Source: Candidatus Saccharimonadales bacterium (GTDB taxonomy: Bacteria > Patescibacteriota > Saccharimonadia > Saccharimonadales > JACDFO01). From it: a stretch of 64,000 bases of DNA. Of the stretch, positions 43,429 to 53,651 are shown one piece after another. The stretch covers positions 302 through 64,301 of the forward strand of contig JBBSLJ010000002.1 of NCBI GenBank assembly GCA_038255465.1. The letters run 5' to 3'. Position 1 is the stretch's first letter; each line of letters starts with the position of its first letter. Under the pieces are notes generated by a model. It was not told the origin of the DNA, did no database searches, and worked only from the letters and a program-made list of their open reading frames with translations. A program made the translations under genes and the position numbers.

Positions 43429-44205
43429 TTATTTTAAAACACGATGTATGTGTGTGATGCTATTTGCTAAACCGTTTTGGATATCAACAAGTACGGCATT
43501 AAATTGTTTGGGGCCGTTTGTTTCTAGTTCGTTTTTGCTGGACCGACCGGTTTTCCAGCGATCAGTAATAATCTCCGTTTTTATCCCTAAGCTAGAATGC
43601 AAAATGCCACACATACCTACATCGGTAATATGTGCTGTGCCTTTGGGTAGAACCATTGCGTCGGCCGTGGGCACATGCCAGTGATCGCCAATTACCGCGC
43701 TGGCCCGACCGTCAAGATAATAGCCAATAACACGCTTTTCACTGGAGAAATCGCCATGAAAGTTAACAACAATAGCGTCTGCATTGCTTTGTGGTTCAAG
43801 AATTTCATCAACCGTTTGAAGCGGATTCCTTACTGGTTTTTCGGCGTCTTTCCCGACTATTTGGCCAAGTAAACTAATAATAAGCAAGCTGCCTGAAGCG
43901 TGCTCTACCCGTTTATACCCCACCCCAGGTGTGCCTAGCGGGTAATTAGCCGGGCGAATAACTGGATGCTCGTCAGTTAGTACGCCGCCGCGGAACAAGC
44001 TCCAGTTGCCGCCCGTAAAGAAGTCCACGCCGTAGCTTTGTAGCTCCTGCATGTCTTCTAACGACATGCCTCGGCCTTCTGTCACATTCTCGCCTTGAGC
44101 TATGACAAAATCTATTGCTTGCTCCTGCTTTAAGCTTGGTAAAAGCTCTGCAACCGTATCGATGCCTGGCCGCCCCATAATATCGCCAATATAAAGTATA
44201 TTCAC
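43429..44205 (-). CDS. ymdB: YmdB-family metallophosphoesterase (2',3'-cyclic-nucleotide 2'-phosphodiesterase, TIGR00282)
   Basis: The MNILYIGDIMGRPG start, GENVTEGRGM and NFHGDFSSEK motifs match. It lies close to rny, an arrangement also seen in Firmicutes. Confidence 0.85.
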   Translation of the reverse strand: MNILYIGDIMGRPGIDTVAELLPSLKQEQAIDFVIAQGENVTEGRGMSLEDMQELQSYGVDFFTGGNWSLFRGGVLTDEHPVIRPANYPLGTPGVGYKRVEHASGSLLIISLLGQIVGKDAEKPVRNPLQTVDEILEPQSNADAIVVNFHGDFSSEKRVIGYYLDGRASAVIGDHWHVPTADAMVLPKGTAHITDVGMCGILHSSLGIKTEIITDRWKTGRSSKNELETNGPKQFNAVLVDIQNGLANSITHIHRVLK

Positions 44206-44217
44206 AGGCTTAGTGTA

Positions 44218-44916
44218 CTACTGACTGGTCCGCCGAGGCATTTGTATATCGGGCCGAAGGGTGCCTTCGCGCGTAAAACCGCGTAATAGCCACGTTAATT
44301 TACTTATTAGCTCTCTTTGCTCACTTGGATACGCAGCTGCCTCGCTGGTGGATATTCTGTAGCCCTCACCAGTACGGATGTGCAGTCTTGGCTGATCTTC
44401 TGCAGTGTATGGTTGCCTTATGGATAAAATTGGCCCGCCCCCCTGCATATATTCCCACTCATCAAATAGTGAATATCGTGCGGCCTGAGTGCTCTTACAA
44501 ACAATTAATCCGGCGTGGCTACTGTACAGGAACTCTTGAATATCTAATCGCTGGCTACCGCCGGGTTCATCAATCTCATCATTTACGACTAATCGCAGAA
44601 GGTTGCCATAGGTGGGGTGTTGGGCGGTGCGAAAATAGGCTCGCTGAATAGTTTCTCTTCCGTTAGATGTAACTTCTCTGTAGTGAAACGATGCATTTTC
44701 GTAATCATCATCAGCAAACCCAACTATACGGTTGGCTTGCTTCTCAAGCTCACTGACTAATTGCTCAGTAGGCTTGGCATCATCCGGATTAAAATCAGGC
44801 AGGGTTTGTAAGCCGTTATGACTCAGCTCCCAGCCACTCACATTTTGAGCTGTTACCTGACGGTCTGTTGCAAGTTCCTCGTGATCAGGTTGGAATGGAA
44901 GTTCACCGTAAGCCAT
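44218..44916 (-). CDS. hypothetical protein
   Basis: 232-aa ORF with no recognisable motif. Confidence 0.45.
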   Translation of the reverse strand: MAYGELPFQPDHEELATDRQVTAQNVSGWELSHNGLQTLPDFNPDDAKPTEQLVSELEKQANRIVGFADDDYENASFHYREVTSNGRETIQRAYFRTAQHPTYGNLLRLVVNDEIDEPGGSQRLDIQEFLYSSHAGLIVCKSTQAARYSLFDEWEYMQGGGPILSIRQPYTAEDQPRLHIRTGEGYRISTSEAAAYPSEQRELISKLTWLLRGFTREGTLRPDIQMPRRTSQ

Positions 44917-44991
44917 ATATTCTTTCTAGGCTTTAATTTTACTATATTCACTTTAACAAGTGAATTTACCATTAGACAAGCCGATTATGCG

Positions 44992-45582
44992 TTATCGACG
45001 CTTTACTTCTAGCCAATCCGGGACGGGGCTAAATAATATCTCGGTCCAATGATCTATTTCCGCCTCCGTAACATCATAAACAGCCTGATAGGCAATTTCG
45101 ACACTGCCATGTAACGCTTTGTCCCACGCCAAGCCTAGCTCACTTGCAATCTTTTGTATAGCCACCTCGTTTGGCCCCTCGATTTCAACAAATGGCGGTA
45201 TCCATGGCCACTCGTCAAGTTCAATCTCAAGATCATCAAGTTTCCAGCTTTCACGCTTGGTTTCCTGGTACGACTGCAAATGCAAACCGATTGCCTCAAG
45301 AAACTGGGCCGTTTTATCAAAGTCCTCGACTGTAACTGATACCTCCTTGGTGCCATGAATAGTACGGTCGTTTAGTTGTTTGTAGGCGAGAGTTACTTTG
45401 TCTCCTTCATCACGCAACCGCACCCAGCCGCCAACTTTTTCAAGCCCAAAATCTGAGTAGTCATAGTTTTTACGACGCATAATGCGTAGCGGATGCACAC
45501 ACTGCGCGCCAATAGCCTCTAACTTTTGGCGGACAGCATTATGATCGACATTCAGAAACTTTGCTTCAATTTCTGTCTGCAT
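44992..45582 (-). CDS. CYTH-domain protein (second copy in the window)
   Basis: N-terminal EIEAKF signature and CYTH strand pattern (WVRLRDEGDKVTLAYK...EIELDEW). Confidence 0.75.
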   Translation of the reverse strand: MQTEIEAKFLNVDHNAVRQKLEAIGAQCVHPLRIMRRKNYDYSDFGLEKVGGWVRLRDEGDKVTLAYKQLNDRTIHGTKEVSVTVEDFDKTAQFLEAIGLHLQSYQETKRESWKLDDLEIELDEWPWIPPFVEIEGPNEVAIQKIASELGLAWDKALHGSVEIAYQAVYDVTEAEIDHWTEILFSPVPDWLEVKRR

Positions 45583-45584
45583 GT

Positions 45585-47099
45585 TTATTTTGCAAACTCT
45601 ATGGCGCGGGTTTCACGGATGACGTTGACCTTGATAGTACCCGGATACTGCATGCTTGATTCAATCTTGTTAGCAACATCGCGTGCTAGCTTAATAGCCG
45701 AAAGGTCATCAATTTGACCTGGTTTAACGAACACACGAATTTCACGGCCAGCACTGATTGCATATGATTTTTCAATGCCTGGGAAACCATTGGCAATATT
45801 TTCTAGATCTTTCATGCGCTCGGCAAAGTTTTCAGCAGAAACATTACGGGCTCCTGGGCGCGAAGCGCTGATGGCATCAACCACACGAACAATCAAAGCT
45901 TCGGTAGTAGTAGCTTCCATATCGTCGTGATGGGCCTCTGCGGCATGAGCCACTTCTTCTGGTGCGCCGTATTTACGGAGCATTTCACCACTTATATGGT
46001 GATGTTTTCCTTCCATTTTATGGGTGAGTGCCTTGCCTAAGTCATGGACTAAGGCTGCATATTTGGCGGTTTTCACATTTGCACCCACTTCTTCAGCAAT
46101 AATTCCAGCAATGTGGGCCATTTCGGTGCTATGCTTGAGCACGTTTTGGCCATAACTGGTTCGGAATTTGAGTTCGCCAAGTAGCTCTAGCACTTCACGA
46201 GGTATGCCTATAATCCCGACTTCACGCGCGGCGTCTTCACCCGCACGAACAACTTCTTTCTGAACAGTTTTCTGAGCTTTTTCAACTACTTCCTCAATCC
46301 GACCGGGATGTACGCGGCCGTCTTTGAGCAGCAGCTCCAGCGCCTGGCGGGCAACCTCGCGGCGCACGGGATCGAAACTGGATAAAATAATCATCCCGGG
46401 AGTGTCATCAACCATAATATCGACACCCGTCGCGCGTTGCAAAGCCTGAATATTGCGGCCTTCCTTGCCGATAATGCGGCCCTTCATTTCCTCGTCTTCA
46501 AGCCTGACAGCCGTGACAGTCCGCTCAGCCGTAACTTCACTTGCCATCCGTTCCATAGCGCCGACAATAATTGCACCGGCTTTTTCCTCTGCTAAATCTT
46601 TAGCTTCGTTTTGCAGTTTGGCAACCAGACCGGTTAAATCATTGCGAATATCGCGTTCAGTCATTTGCATCAGTTTTTCGGCTGCATCAGCTTTGGTAAG
46701 TTTAGCTATTTTCTCAAGCTTTTCCTGCTGTTTGCCACGAATATCACGGATTTCGTTCTTTAAGGACTCAACTTCGTCCTCGCCTTTTCTTAAGGCTTCG
46801 GCCCGCTTATCAAGATTATCCAGTTTTCTGTCGAGTGATTCTTCCCGGTCTAGCAATCGTTGTTCAATTTCTTTTACTTCTTTTCGCCTTGTAGCTTCTT
46901 CTCTGCGAGCGTTTTCAGCTAGCTTGGCTGCTTCTTCGCGCGCATCTTCAAGTGCTTTAGCTGCTTCCTTTTTGGCTTTTTTAATCTCTTTTTCAGCCGC
47001 ATCTTCAGCTGATCCCAGCTTTTTCTTGGCTATGGCTTGGTTTGCCCCAAAGCCAAGCCCGGCCCCGACCGCAACGAGTAGTAGGGTAATTGGTTCCAT
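45585..47099 (-). CDS. rny: ribonuclease Y
   Basis: N-terminal TM, a long Lys/Glu coiled coil, a KH domain (GRIIGKEGRNI) and an HD domain (HDLGK...HHD). Confidence 0.95.
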   Translation of the reverse strand: MEPITLLLVAVGAGLGFGANQAIAKKKLGSAEDAAEKEIKKAKKEAAKALEDAREEAAKLAENARREEATRRKEVKEIEQRLLDREESLDRKLDNLDKRAEALRKGEDEVESLKNEIRDIRGKQQEKLEKIAKLTKADAAEKLMQMTERDIRNDLTGLVAKLQNEAKDLAEEKAGAIIVGAMERMASEVTAERTVTAVRLEDEEMKGRIIGKEGRNIQALQRATGVDIMVDDTPGMIILSSFDPVRREVARQALELLLKDGRVHPGRIEEVVEKAQKTVQKEVVRAGEDAAREVGIIGIPREVLELLGELKFRTSYGQNVLKHSTEMAHIAGIIAEEVGANVKTAKYAALVHDLGKALTHKMEGKHHHISGEMLRKYGAPEEVAHAAEAHHDDMEATTTEALIVRVVDAISASRPGARNVSAENFAERMKDLENIANGFPGIEKSYAISAGREIRVFVKPGQIDDLSAIKLARDVANKIESSMQYPGTIKVNVIRETRAIEFAK

Positions 47100-47268
47100 G
47101 TCTGTTTCCTTTCAATACCGGAATATCGCCCAGGCATCACTATCACTTCATTAGCCAGTTTGAAATTCCAGAAAAACAAGTATTAATAACAATATCGGAC
47201 TTTTCTCCCAAAATAAGTATAAAAATCCTATCTAAATAATACGCGGTTTTATAACTTATGGTCAATAA

Positions 47269-48255
47269 CTATTGCTGAACTGCGTAAACTATAAGACGTT
47301 TTTGATATGTATTAGTCCTGACGTCATACCCGCCCGTACAGCTAATCAGGTTAAGCCCTGGCTTGCCGGGCTCTACTGAAGTAAGCGCTTTTGTCATGTC
47401 AACCTTGTCCTGGTCAACGATTTCGGTAGAGACGACCTTGTAACTAAACGTTTTGTTGTCGCCGCGCTCTATCTCTATAGTATCGCCCTGCACTAACTTG
47501 TTTAGCCGATAAAATACGCCTGGCTTAGACGGGCCATGCACGTGGCCATCAATTAAGACTGTGCCGTTTTCGCCGGGTTTAGAGCTGCCCTCATACCAAC
47601 CAGCATCGTTAATATTAGACGGTGCGTTTAGCTCGCCACTAGCCTTCACGCCAAGCCGTTTAATACGAGCACTTACTTCGAGCCGTGGGATCGTAATAAG
47701 TCGCGGCATGTCAGGAGCAACCTGATAGGAGTTAACTGCTTCAGTAGTGACCTCATCTTCTGTGGGCACATCACTCCCTTCGTCTTCGCTCGTGCTCGCC
47801 AATACGGCTACTTGTGCGGCTGCTTCGCGGTTAGTCTTCCAGCCCAAATAGGTAACGGTTGCGCCGCCCATAAATACCATGACAGCCATTGCTACAAGCA
47901 TATTTGATACATGCGTGTTACGGGTAGTAGTTTTAGCTTTGAGCTTTTTAGGCTTATTCCTCACTGCATGCCGTACTAAAACAGCTGATTTTGCTTGTCT
48001 TGGTAGTGCGGGTTTTATATTTGTCTGCATGCGAGCGACGCTAGTGGGCGCTTTAAAGGTTTTTACAATAGGCTTCAGGGAGTTGCTCGCATGCAACTTT
48101 GTTTTTGCTGGCGCAGGAGGCAGCGCAAACCCATCAAGAGATCTGCGGACACGATTTTGCATAGGTTTACGCTCGAAACGGGCAGAGCGGTCGTGTCCTA
48201 TGACTCGACCGCTTGGAGCGGAATTATCTATTCCAATTGTTCTGCCTATAGGCAT
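47269..48255 (-). CDS. sortase (class F-like) with a long basic N-terminal region
   Basis: LITIPRLEVSARI, AGWYEGSSKPGENGTVLIDGHV, LNLISCTG and a catalytic Arg context (QKRLIVYA). The start codon is uncertain. Confidence 0.8.
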   Translation of the reverse strand: MPIGRTIGIDNSAPSGRVIGHDRSARFERKPMQNRVRRSLDGFALPPAPAKTKLHASNSLKPIVKTFKAPTSVARMQTNIKPALPRQAKSAVLVRHAVRNKPKKLKAKTTTRNTHVSNMLVAMAVMVFMGGATVTYLGWKTNREAAAQVAVLASTSEDEGSDVPTEDEVTTEAVNSYQVAPDMPRLITIPRLEVSARIKRLGVKASGELNAPSNINDAGWYEGSSKPGENGTVLIDGHVHGPSKPGVFYRLNKLVQGDTIEIERGDNKTFSYKVVSTEIVDQDKVDMTKALTSVEPGKPGLNLISCTGGYDVRTNTYQKRLIVYAVQQ

Positions 48256-48274
48256 GTTTGCCTCCGTTTTTGTT

Positions 48275-49855
48275 TTATCGTGTTGAAGTTACGCGGTTAT
48301 ATTTTTTGGCTAGTACAATCATTGCACCGGCTGCTAGTACAGTCGCGCCAAGTGTGATGAGCGGATTATTTGCCAGGATTTGGAAGCCAGTATTAGGGCT
48401 CGCTGGTACGCTAACCACAGTTATCACTACATCGTTACCATCACCACCAACGTAGCTGACGCTGTACACGTAACCATCTGCTGTAAATGTAGCGCCTTGT
48501 GCAAGGTTTAAGAAGGTACCAGCCAGTGCATCAGCCGCATCGTTATCGATGATCGTGTATTTTTCTCCGGCCTTTGGCTTGTAGTCATTGAATAGAATGG
48601 TACTTAATGTACCGTTACCCAAGCTTACTGTACCAGTTACCTTTGTTTGGTCGTAACCAGTACAGGCTTCCGTGCCACCTACTTCAAATTCGTATGTTGA
48701 ACCTTCAGCAAAAAATAAATCACCAGTACTAAGACAGCCGGGGCTCAAGCCAGGGGACAGTTTAGCGCCATTAAAAATATCGACTCGTTTTACGGTGCCA
48801 GTGCCCTTTAGAGTACCGCCACTTTGAATTAAAACATCGGCCCGAGAACCAGTTACAATGGCTGTTTCATTGTTTTTAACTACTATATCTTGATTAGGTT
48901 GTGAATCGGCGTAGTTAGTGGTGTAAGGAGCTTCTGCTGTACCACCTTGTGTGCCATTTGGTGTAGCCGAGCCATTTGCCGATGAATTAATAACTAGCGT
49001 GCCGGTGGAACTCGGATCTAAGCTAATTGTAAAATTACCGGTTATTGGTCCTGTAATCGTAACCTTACCGCTGGTGAATACTGATATATTCTTAGCAATA
49101 ACTAAAGCACCCGCAAATGTTATGTCCGAGTCAGTACATAATCCAAAACCACAAGCAGCACCAATGTCGAGGCCCCCAGAGCTAATTCCGGCATTTATAG
49201 TAACCGGCTCGGTCAAGGTACCCATTTTATCCGCGGTCGGTAATAAGAAGTGCAAGAGACCCCCATCAACAATAGTGCCGGCAGACACTGCCCCCAAGGC
49301 AGTTAAGCTGCCGGCAGTTACATTCCCGCCCGTAACTGTAGTAGTACCTGTGAAAGTATTATTACCCGTTAGTTCCAAAAAACCAGTTCCATTTATAGTA
49401 ATATTACCCGTACCGCTTAATACACCAGATAATTTCACACTTCCAGTGCCGGTATTCACTACTGGGTTTGTAGATAAAGATATATCAAGACTAATATCCA
49501 AAAAGCCGTCAGCGGAGTTGCTTATGATGCCTCCGCTCAAAGTTATAGCATTCCCAGCAATTGTATAGCTGGATGAAGCATTGCCATTAAGTGTTATGTT
49601 TGCTAGGACAAGCCCTGAGATATCGTTAGTGTAGGTTTGATCACCCACATCTGTTTCATTATTAAACACAATGTCGTCACCATTTTGAGGCACTACGTCA
49701 CCAGCCCAGTTAGTGGCTGTACTAAAATTATTATTTGCTCCTTCACCGTCCCAGGTTACGGTTGCCGCATGAGCTTTGGGTACTGCTATAACCAATAACG
49801 ACGACAGGCTGAGCAGCATTGAAAGCCCGAATTCGGAAATTCTTTTGAGGTTCAC
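48275..49855 (-). CDS. secreted beta-strand-repeat surface protein with a C-terminal sorting signal
   Basis: It has a signal peptide and repeated G(T/N)..L.L.G.NTFTG.TTV.GG units (autotransporter-associated PATR-like). The C-terminus is PASPNTG, then a hydrophobic segment, then KKYNRVTSTR. Confidence 0.75.
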   Translation of the reverse strand: MNLKRISEFGLSMLLSLSSLLVIAVPKAHAATVTWDGEGANNNFSTATNWAGDVVPQNGDDIVFNNETDVGDQTYTNDISGLVLANITLNGNASSSYTIAGNAITLSGGIISNSADGFLDISLDISLSTNPVVNTGTGSVKLSGVLSGTGNITINGTGFLELTGNNTFTGTTTVTGGNVTAGSLTALGAVSAGTIVDGGLLHFLLPTADKMGTLTEPVTINAGISSGGLDIGAACGFGLCTDSDITFAGALVIAKNISVFTSGKVTITGPITGNFTISLDPSSTGTLVINSSANGSATPNGTQGGTAEAPYTTNYADSQPNQDIVVKNNETAIVTGSRADVLIQSGGTLKGTGTVKRVDIFNGAKLSPGLSPGCLSTGDLFFAEGSTYEFEVGGTEACTGYDQTKVTGTVSLGNGTLSTILFNDYKPKAGEKYTIIDNDAADALAGTFLNLAQGATFTADGYVYSVSYVGGDGNDVVITVVSVPASPNTGFQILANNPLITLGATVLAAGAMIVLAKKYNRVTSTR

Positions 49856-49982
49856 TTTTTTGATCCTTTTATTTTTTGAGATTTTTGTTGTTAATTAATA
49901 CTACTAGATGACTATAGGTTTCTCTGTTTTTTTGTCAAGCCCTTTATGTTTATGTGTTGTGTTAATTACCAGTTTTTGAGCA

Positions 49983-50372
49983 TCATTTGCGCTGGATTGT
50001 TGTGTGTACCGGTGCCCCGTAATCCGGAACTGCAATTTTGTCGGTTTTACCTGCAATAAGATCGTCTATGCCTTCTTCTATCCAGCCGGTACTTCTGGCG
50101 ACAATCGGGATAGCCAGGCTATAAGCTAAAGCGTTCACAACCGACAGGCCTATGCGCAGACCAGTAAAGCTACCACCGCCTTTGTATACAACGATACCTT
50201 TAACATCAGCAAGCTGCTTATCTTGAGAGGCAAGCAGTGTATCAATTTTGTTATTGATTGTCTCGGCTAGGCGACGGTGCGCTTCCCAAACTTCATATAC
50301 AAGCTGCTTGTTGTTATCATACAGGCCAATTTCTGACTCGGGTTTGTCTGTTCTAATGGTCAGTATCAACAT
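49983..50372 (-). CDS. tsaB: short TsaB-like t6A biosynthesis protein
   Basis: MLILTIRTD...GGGSFTGLRIGLSVVNALAYSLAIPIV matches the TsaB N-terminal domain. It is directly adjacent to tsaE. Confidence 0.7.
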   Translation of the reverse strand: MLILTIRTDKPESEIGLYDNNKQLVYEVWEAHRRLAETINNKIDTLLASQDKQLADVKGIVVYKGGGSFTGLRIGLSVVNALAYSLAIPIVARSTGWIEEGIDDLIAGKTDKIAVPDYGAPVHTTIQRK

Positions 50373-50831
50373 TTAATCCTCCTCCGTAAGATATGCCAAG
50401 GATTCATCGGCAGAAACTCTTATTGCACGCTCGTCGGTGTCCAACTGTTCGATCTCTATTGTTAAACGCTTTTCGGGTAGTACATGCCTAAGCGCGTCAC
50501 CCCATTCAATAACCGTTACAATTTTTTGGTCACCCGATAGTTCCATAAGTTCATGCTCCATCAGGCCAGCTTCGGTTAAACGATAAAAATCAAAATGATG
50601 AATAGCAAAATGAGTCGCTATGTATATTTTGCTGACCGTATAAGTCGGGCTAGATACATGATCGACACTGCCGGCACCTTTTACTAATCCGCGCACAAAC
50701 GTCGTCTTACCGCCTCCCAAATCGCTGATAAGTTCAATAAGTTCGCCACCCTTAAGTTTGCGGCCTATGTCCTCGCCAAGCTGTTCTGTTTCAGCTGCTG
50801 CGTGGGTAGTAATAACGCTTTGTGGTTTCAT
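50373..50831 (-). CDS. tsaE: tRNA threonylcarbamoyladenosine biosynthesis ATPase TsaE
   Basis: P-loop SDLGGGKTTFVRGL, SPTYT and HFDFYRL motifs. Confidence 0.85.
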   Translation of the reverse strand: MKPQSVITTHAAAETEQLGEDIGRKLKGGELIELISDLGGGKTTFVRGLVKGAGSVDHVSSPTYTVSKIYIATHFAIHHFDFYRLTEAGLMEHELMELSGDQKIVTVIEWGDALRHVLPEKRLTIEIEQLDTDERAIRVSADESLAYLTEED

Positions 50832-50880
50832 TGGTTATATATGGTACGCCAAACAGTGGTAATTACGCTATACTTATAAT

Positions 50881-51408
50881 ATGCTTCAGCTTAGTGCAGC
50901 TCTTATAGGGAAACCGATTTTATCACTGCAAACCGGCGCGCCAGTTGGTGCGACGCTTGGTGCAATTATTAATCCCAATAATCTTAAAATTGAAGGCTTT
51001 TACTGCCAGGACCGTTATGAAAAAAAGCAGATGATTCTGCTATCACAGGAAATTCGGGACATATTGCCGCAGGGGTTAGTTGTGAACGATCATCATGCGC
51101 TCACCGAAGCGGACGAGCTGGTGCGGATGAAAAAACTTATTTCTATTGCATTTGAACTAGTTGGAAAATCGGTTTACACCGGTGGGCGAACACGTATTGG
51201 AAAGGTTGCGGACTTTGCCGTTGACGATATGTCGCTGTATGTGCAAAAGCTGTATGTTACGCGATCTATATTAAAAAGTTTAAATACCGGCCAGCTCAGT
51301 ATCGATCGTTCCGCCATAATCGAAATTACCGACAAAAAAATTGTGATCCAGGACATCCTGAAACCAACGCCTGCTGCAGCTCCGGCTACCGCTCCCTTAA
51401 CCTCTTAA
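50881..51408 (+). CDS. tandem PRC-barrel-like domain protein
   Basis: LIGKPILSLQTGAPVGATLGAIINPNNLKIEGFY and a second LVGKSVYTGGRTRIGKVADFAVDD unit. Confidence 0.5.
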   Translation: MLQLSAALIGKPILSLQTGAPVGATLGAIINPNNLKIEGFYCQDRYEKKQMILLSQEIRDILPQGLVVNDHHALTEADELVRMKKLISIAFELVGKSVYTGGRTRIGKVADFAVDDMSLYVQKLYVTRSILKSLNTGQLSIDRSAIIEITDKKIVIQDILKPTPAAAPATAPLTS

Positions 51409-51464
51409 AATAACCCTATAAGCCAAACTTTTTATGAAAAAATACGCTATAGCGTGAAATATTA

Positions 51465-52073
51465 TTACTGATTGTCGGTTGAAGAAAGGGCGGATTTTAT
51501 AGCGTCGTAAGAGAAGCCTTGGCGGGCCAGATATTGCATGAGTTTTAAATTGTCTTGGTATTTAGATTGTTTTCGCTTGCGCTCAATTAATTCCGCTAGA
51601 ACCGCTGATTCGTCTGTTTCGTCGGCCTCAATCGCTTGATTGATGATGTCATCAGCAATTCTTTTTTGACGAAGTTCTTGCGCTAATCGGCGCTTAGAAG
51701 TCGCTTTCAGTAGACGCCTGTTTTCTACCCATCGCTTGGCAAAATCCGTATCATCAATATAACCACGATCGCTTAGTCGGATGATGGTAACCTCCTGTAC
51801 GCCCTCGTCGTAGTCTTTGCGCTTCAAATAGTCACGTAACTCCCACTCGCTCCGCATACGGTGAGAAATCAGGTTAAGTGATCGGTCATAGGCTTTATCG
51901 AGTACGGCCTTGTCTTTAAGGTCCACCAATTTTGCTTCATCCAGCTCGAGACCAATTTTTATCCCACTCGCCAAGAGCTCGGATTCTGAAAATGAAAACA
52001 GATAGCTACCATCTACATAAATAGAGTAGCGATCTTGTCTTTTAACCTGCTGCTTAATGGCAGTTATTTTCAT
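51465..52073 (-). CDS. recX: RecX regulatory protein
   Basis: Three-repeat helical pattern (AYDRSLNLISHRMRSEWELRDYLKRK...) in the recA operon context. Confidence 0.75.
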   Translation of the reverse strand: MKITAIKQQVKRQDRYSIYVDGSYLFSFSESELLASGIKIGLELDEAKLVDLKDKAVLDKAYDRSLNLISHRMRSEWELRDYLKRKDYDEGVQEVTIIRLSDRGYIDDTDFAKRWVENRRLLKATSKRRLAQELRQKRIADDIINQAIEADETDESAVLAELIERKRKQSKYQDNLKLMQYLARQGFSYDAIKSALSSTDNQ

Positions 52074-52381
52074 CTGTGAAGATATAAGTCAATCAGATCA
52101 GGAGTGGTCATTACAATGCCACCAATCAATTGGCCAGGCGCCCAGTGAGGATAGTTGGTGGGAGCAGGAATAAATCCTTCGGGTATTCCCTTAATGCCAA
52201 CAGCTTTAGCGTCAGCAAGCAAAGACTCATCAACCTCTGGGCTCGTGCGGTAAGCATCGTCAATCTGTCGCTCACGGTCATCATAAACGATTTGTTCTTC
52301 AGGCGATATGGGCGGATCAACCACCCCAGCTTCTTCTGGTGAAAGTGTTTCACCGGGCATTTGAACTGGTCTGCCTAGCAT
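52070..52381 (-). CDS. acidic, proline-rich hypothetical protein between recA and recX
   Basis: 103-aa ORF with a 4-nt overlap with the recX start. No motif. Confidence 0.4.
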   Translation of the reverse strand: MLGRPVQMPGETLSPEEAGVVDPPISPEEQIVYDDRERQIDDAYRTSPEVDESLLADAKAVGIKGIPEGFIPAPTNYPHWAPGQLIGGIVMTTPDLIDLYLHR

Positions 52382-52509
52382 GTAATACGTCCTTATACTT
52401 ACTTGTACTTATTTTAACCAATTTTTAAATCCTAATCCAATACAGGTTATATCACCTTCGGCAATATCAGCCCATCCATCTATGTTCGTAACGATCGTAT
52501 TGCCGTTAT

Positions 52510-53541
52510 CTATGTCTCTTTTACGACTGCCGCACGTACCTTTTGGGCGATTTCTTCCATGACTTTTGGATTTTCTTTTAAGTAGGTTCTCATGGATTCG
52601 CGGCCGGATACTTTTGTCGCGCCGTACGTCAGCCAGGCACCGCCCTTTTCTACAATTTCATATTTGATACCAAGGTCGAGTATGTCTCCGGATTTTGAAA
52701 TACCTTCGTTATACATAATATCGAACTCTGACTCTCGAAAAGGTGGAGCGACTTTGTTCTTGACCACCTTAACGCGCGTGCGGTTACCGACAACCACATC
52801 ACCGTGCTTAATTTGTGAAATACGGCGAATATCCATGCGTACAGACGCATAAAATTTTAAGGCGTTACCACCGGTAGTTGTTTCCGGGTTGCCAAACATG
52901 ACGCCAATTTTCATACGAATCTGGTTAATGAAAATAACCGTACCCTTGGATTTATTAATAACACCAGTAAGTTTACGGAGCGCTTGACTCATCAGACGTG
53001 CTTGCAAGCCCGGCAAGCTGTCTCCCATATCACCTTCAATTTCGGCTCGTGGCACCAGAGCGGCAACGGAGTCAACCACGATTAAATCAACCGCGTTTGA
53101 ACGGACCAATGTTTCAACAATCTCAAGCGCCTGCTCTCCGTTATCAGGTTGAGAAAGCAACAGATTCTCGACATCCACGCCAATTCGTTTGGCGTAGGAC
53201 GGATCAAGCGCGTGCTCAGCATCAATAAATGCCGCTGTGCCGCCTCGCCGCTGGACTTCTGCAATGGCATGCAGTGTAAGCGTGGTTTTACCGGAACTTT
53301 CGGGACCATAAACCTCAACTACACGGCCCTTCGGAATACCGCCGCCAAGGGCAATATCAAGGCTAAGACAGCCGATCGGAATTGTCTCTACATCTAGTTT
53401 GTGAGCATCGCCCAATTTCATAATCGAGCCCTTGCCGAACTGTTTCTCGATTGTCTCAAGGGCCAGGCCCAAAGCCTTAGACTTGCCTTCAGACGCAGCA
53501 CTAATCTTGTTTTCTTTTGCATTTTCTTTTGCGGTCGCCAT
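52510..53541 (-). CDS. recA: recombinase A
   Basis: [13 protein letters not shown] Walker [10 protein letters not shown] and full-length colinearity with RecA. Confidence 0.97.
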   Translation of the reverse strand: MATAKENAKENKISAASEGKSKALGLALETIEKQFGKGSIMKLGDAHKLDVETIPIGCLSLDIALGGGIPKGRVVEVYGPESSGKTTLTLHAIAEVQRRGGTAAFIDAEHALDPSYAKRIGVDVENLLLSQPDNGEQALEIVETLVRSNAVDLIVVDSVAALVPRAEIEGDMGDSLPGLQARLMSQALRKLTGVINKSKGTVIFINQIRMKIGVMFGNPETTTGGNALKFYASVRMDIRRISQIKHGDVVVGNRTRVKVVKNKVAPPFRESEFDIMYNEGISKSGDILDLGIKYEIVEKGGAWLTYGATKVSGRESMRTYLKENPKVMEEIAQKVRAAVVKET

Positions 53542-53651
53542 AGTATGCCTCCTTCCCTACCCTAGTTGGTTGACAATCAAAAGTATAGCAAAAATCTCGC
53601 CAGTAGCCTTATGGCGTATTTCGCTTATGTCTTTTATAATGACAGGAACTC

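Noticed and set aside
46453-47154. A 233-aa plus-strand ORF, with similar long antisense ORFs elsewhere (48951..49568, 104..615, 39422..39859, 54536..54901).
   Set aside because: They lie entirely antisense to well-supported genes (rny, the surface protein, the M23 peptidase, the ATPase homolog, pilB). Their composition is low-complexity Ser/Ala/Leu-rich, typical of shadow frames, and they have no start context.
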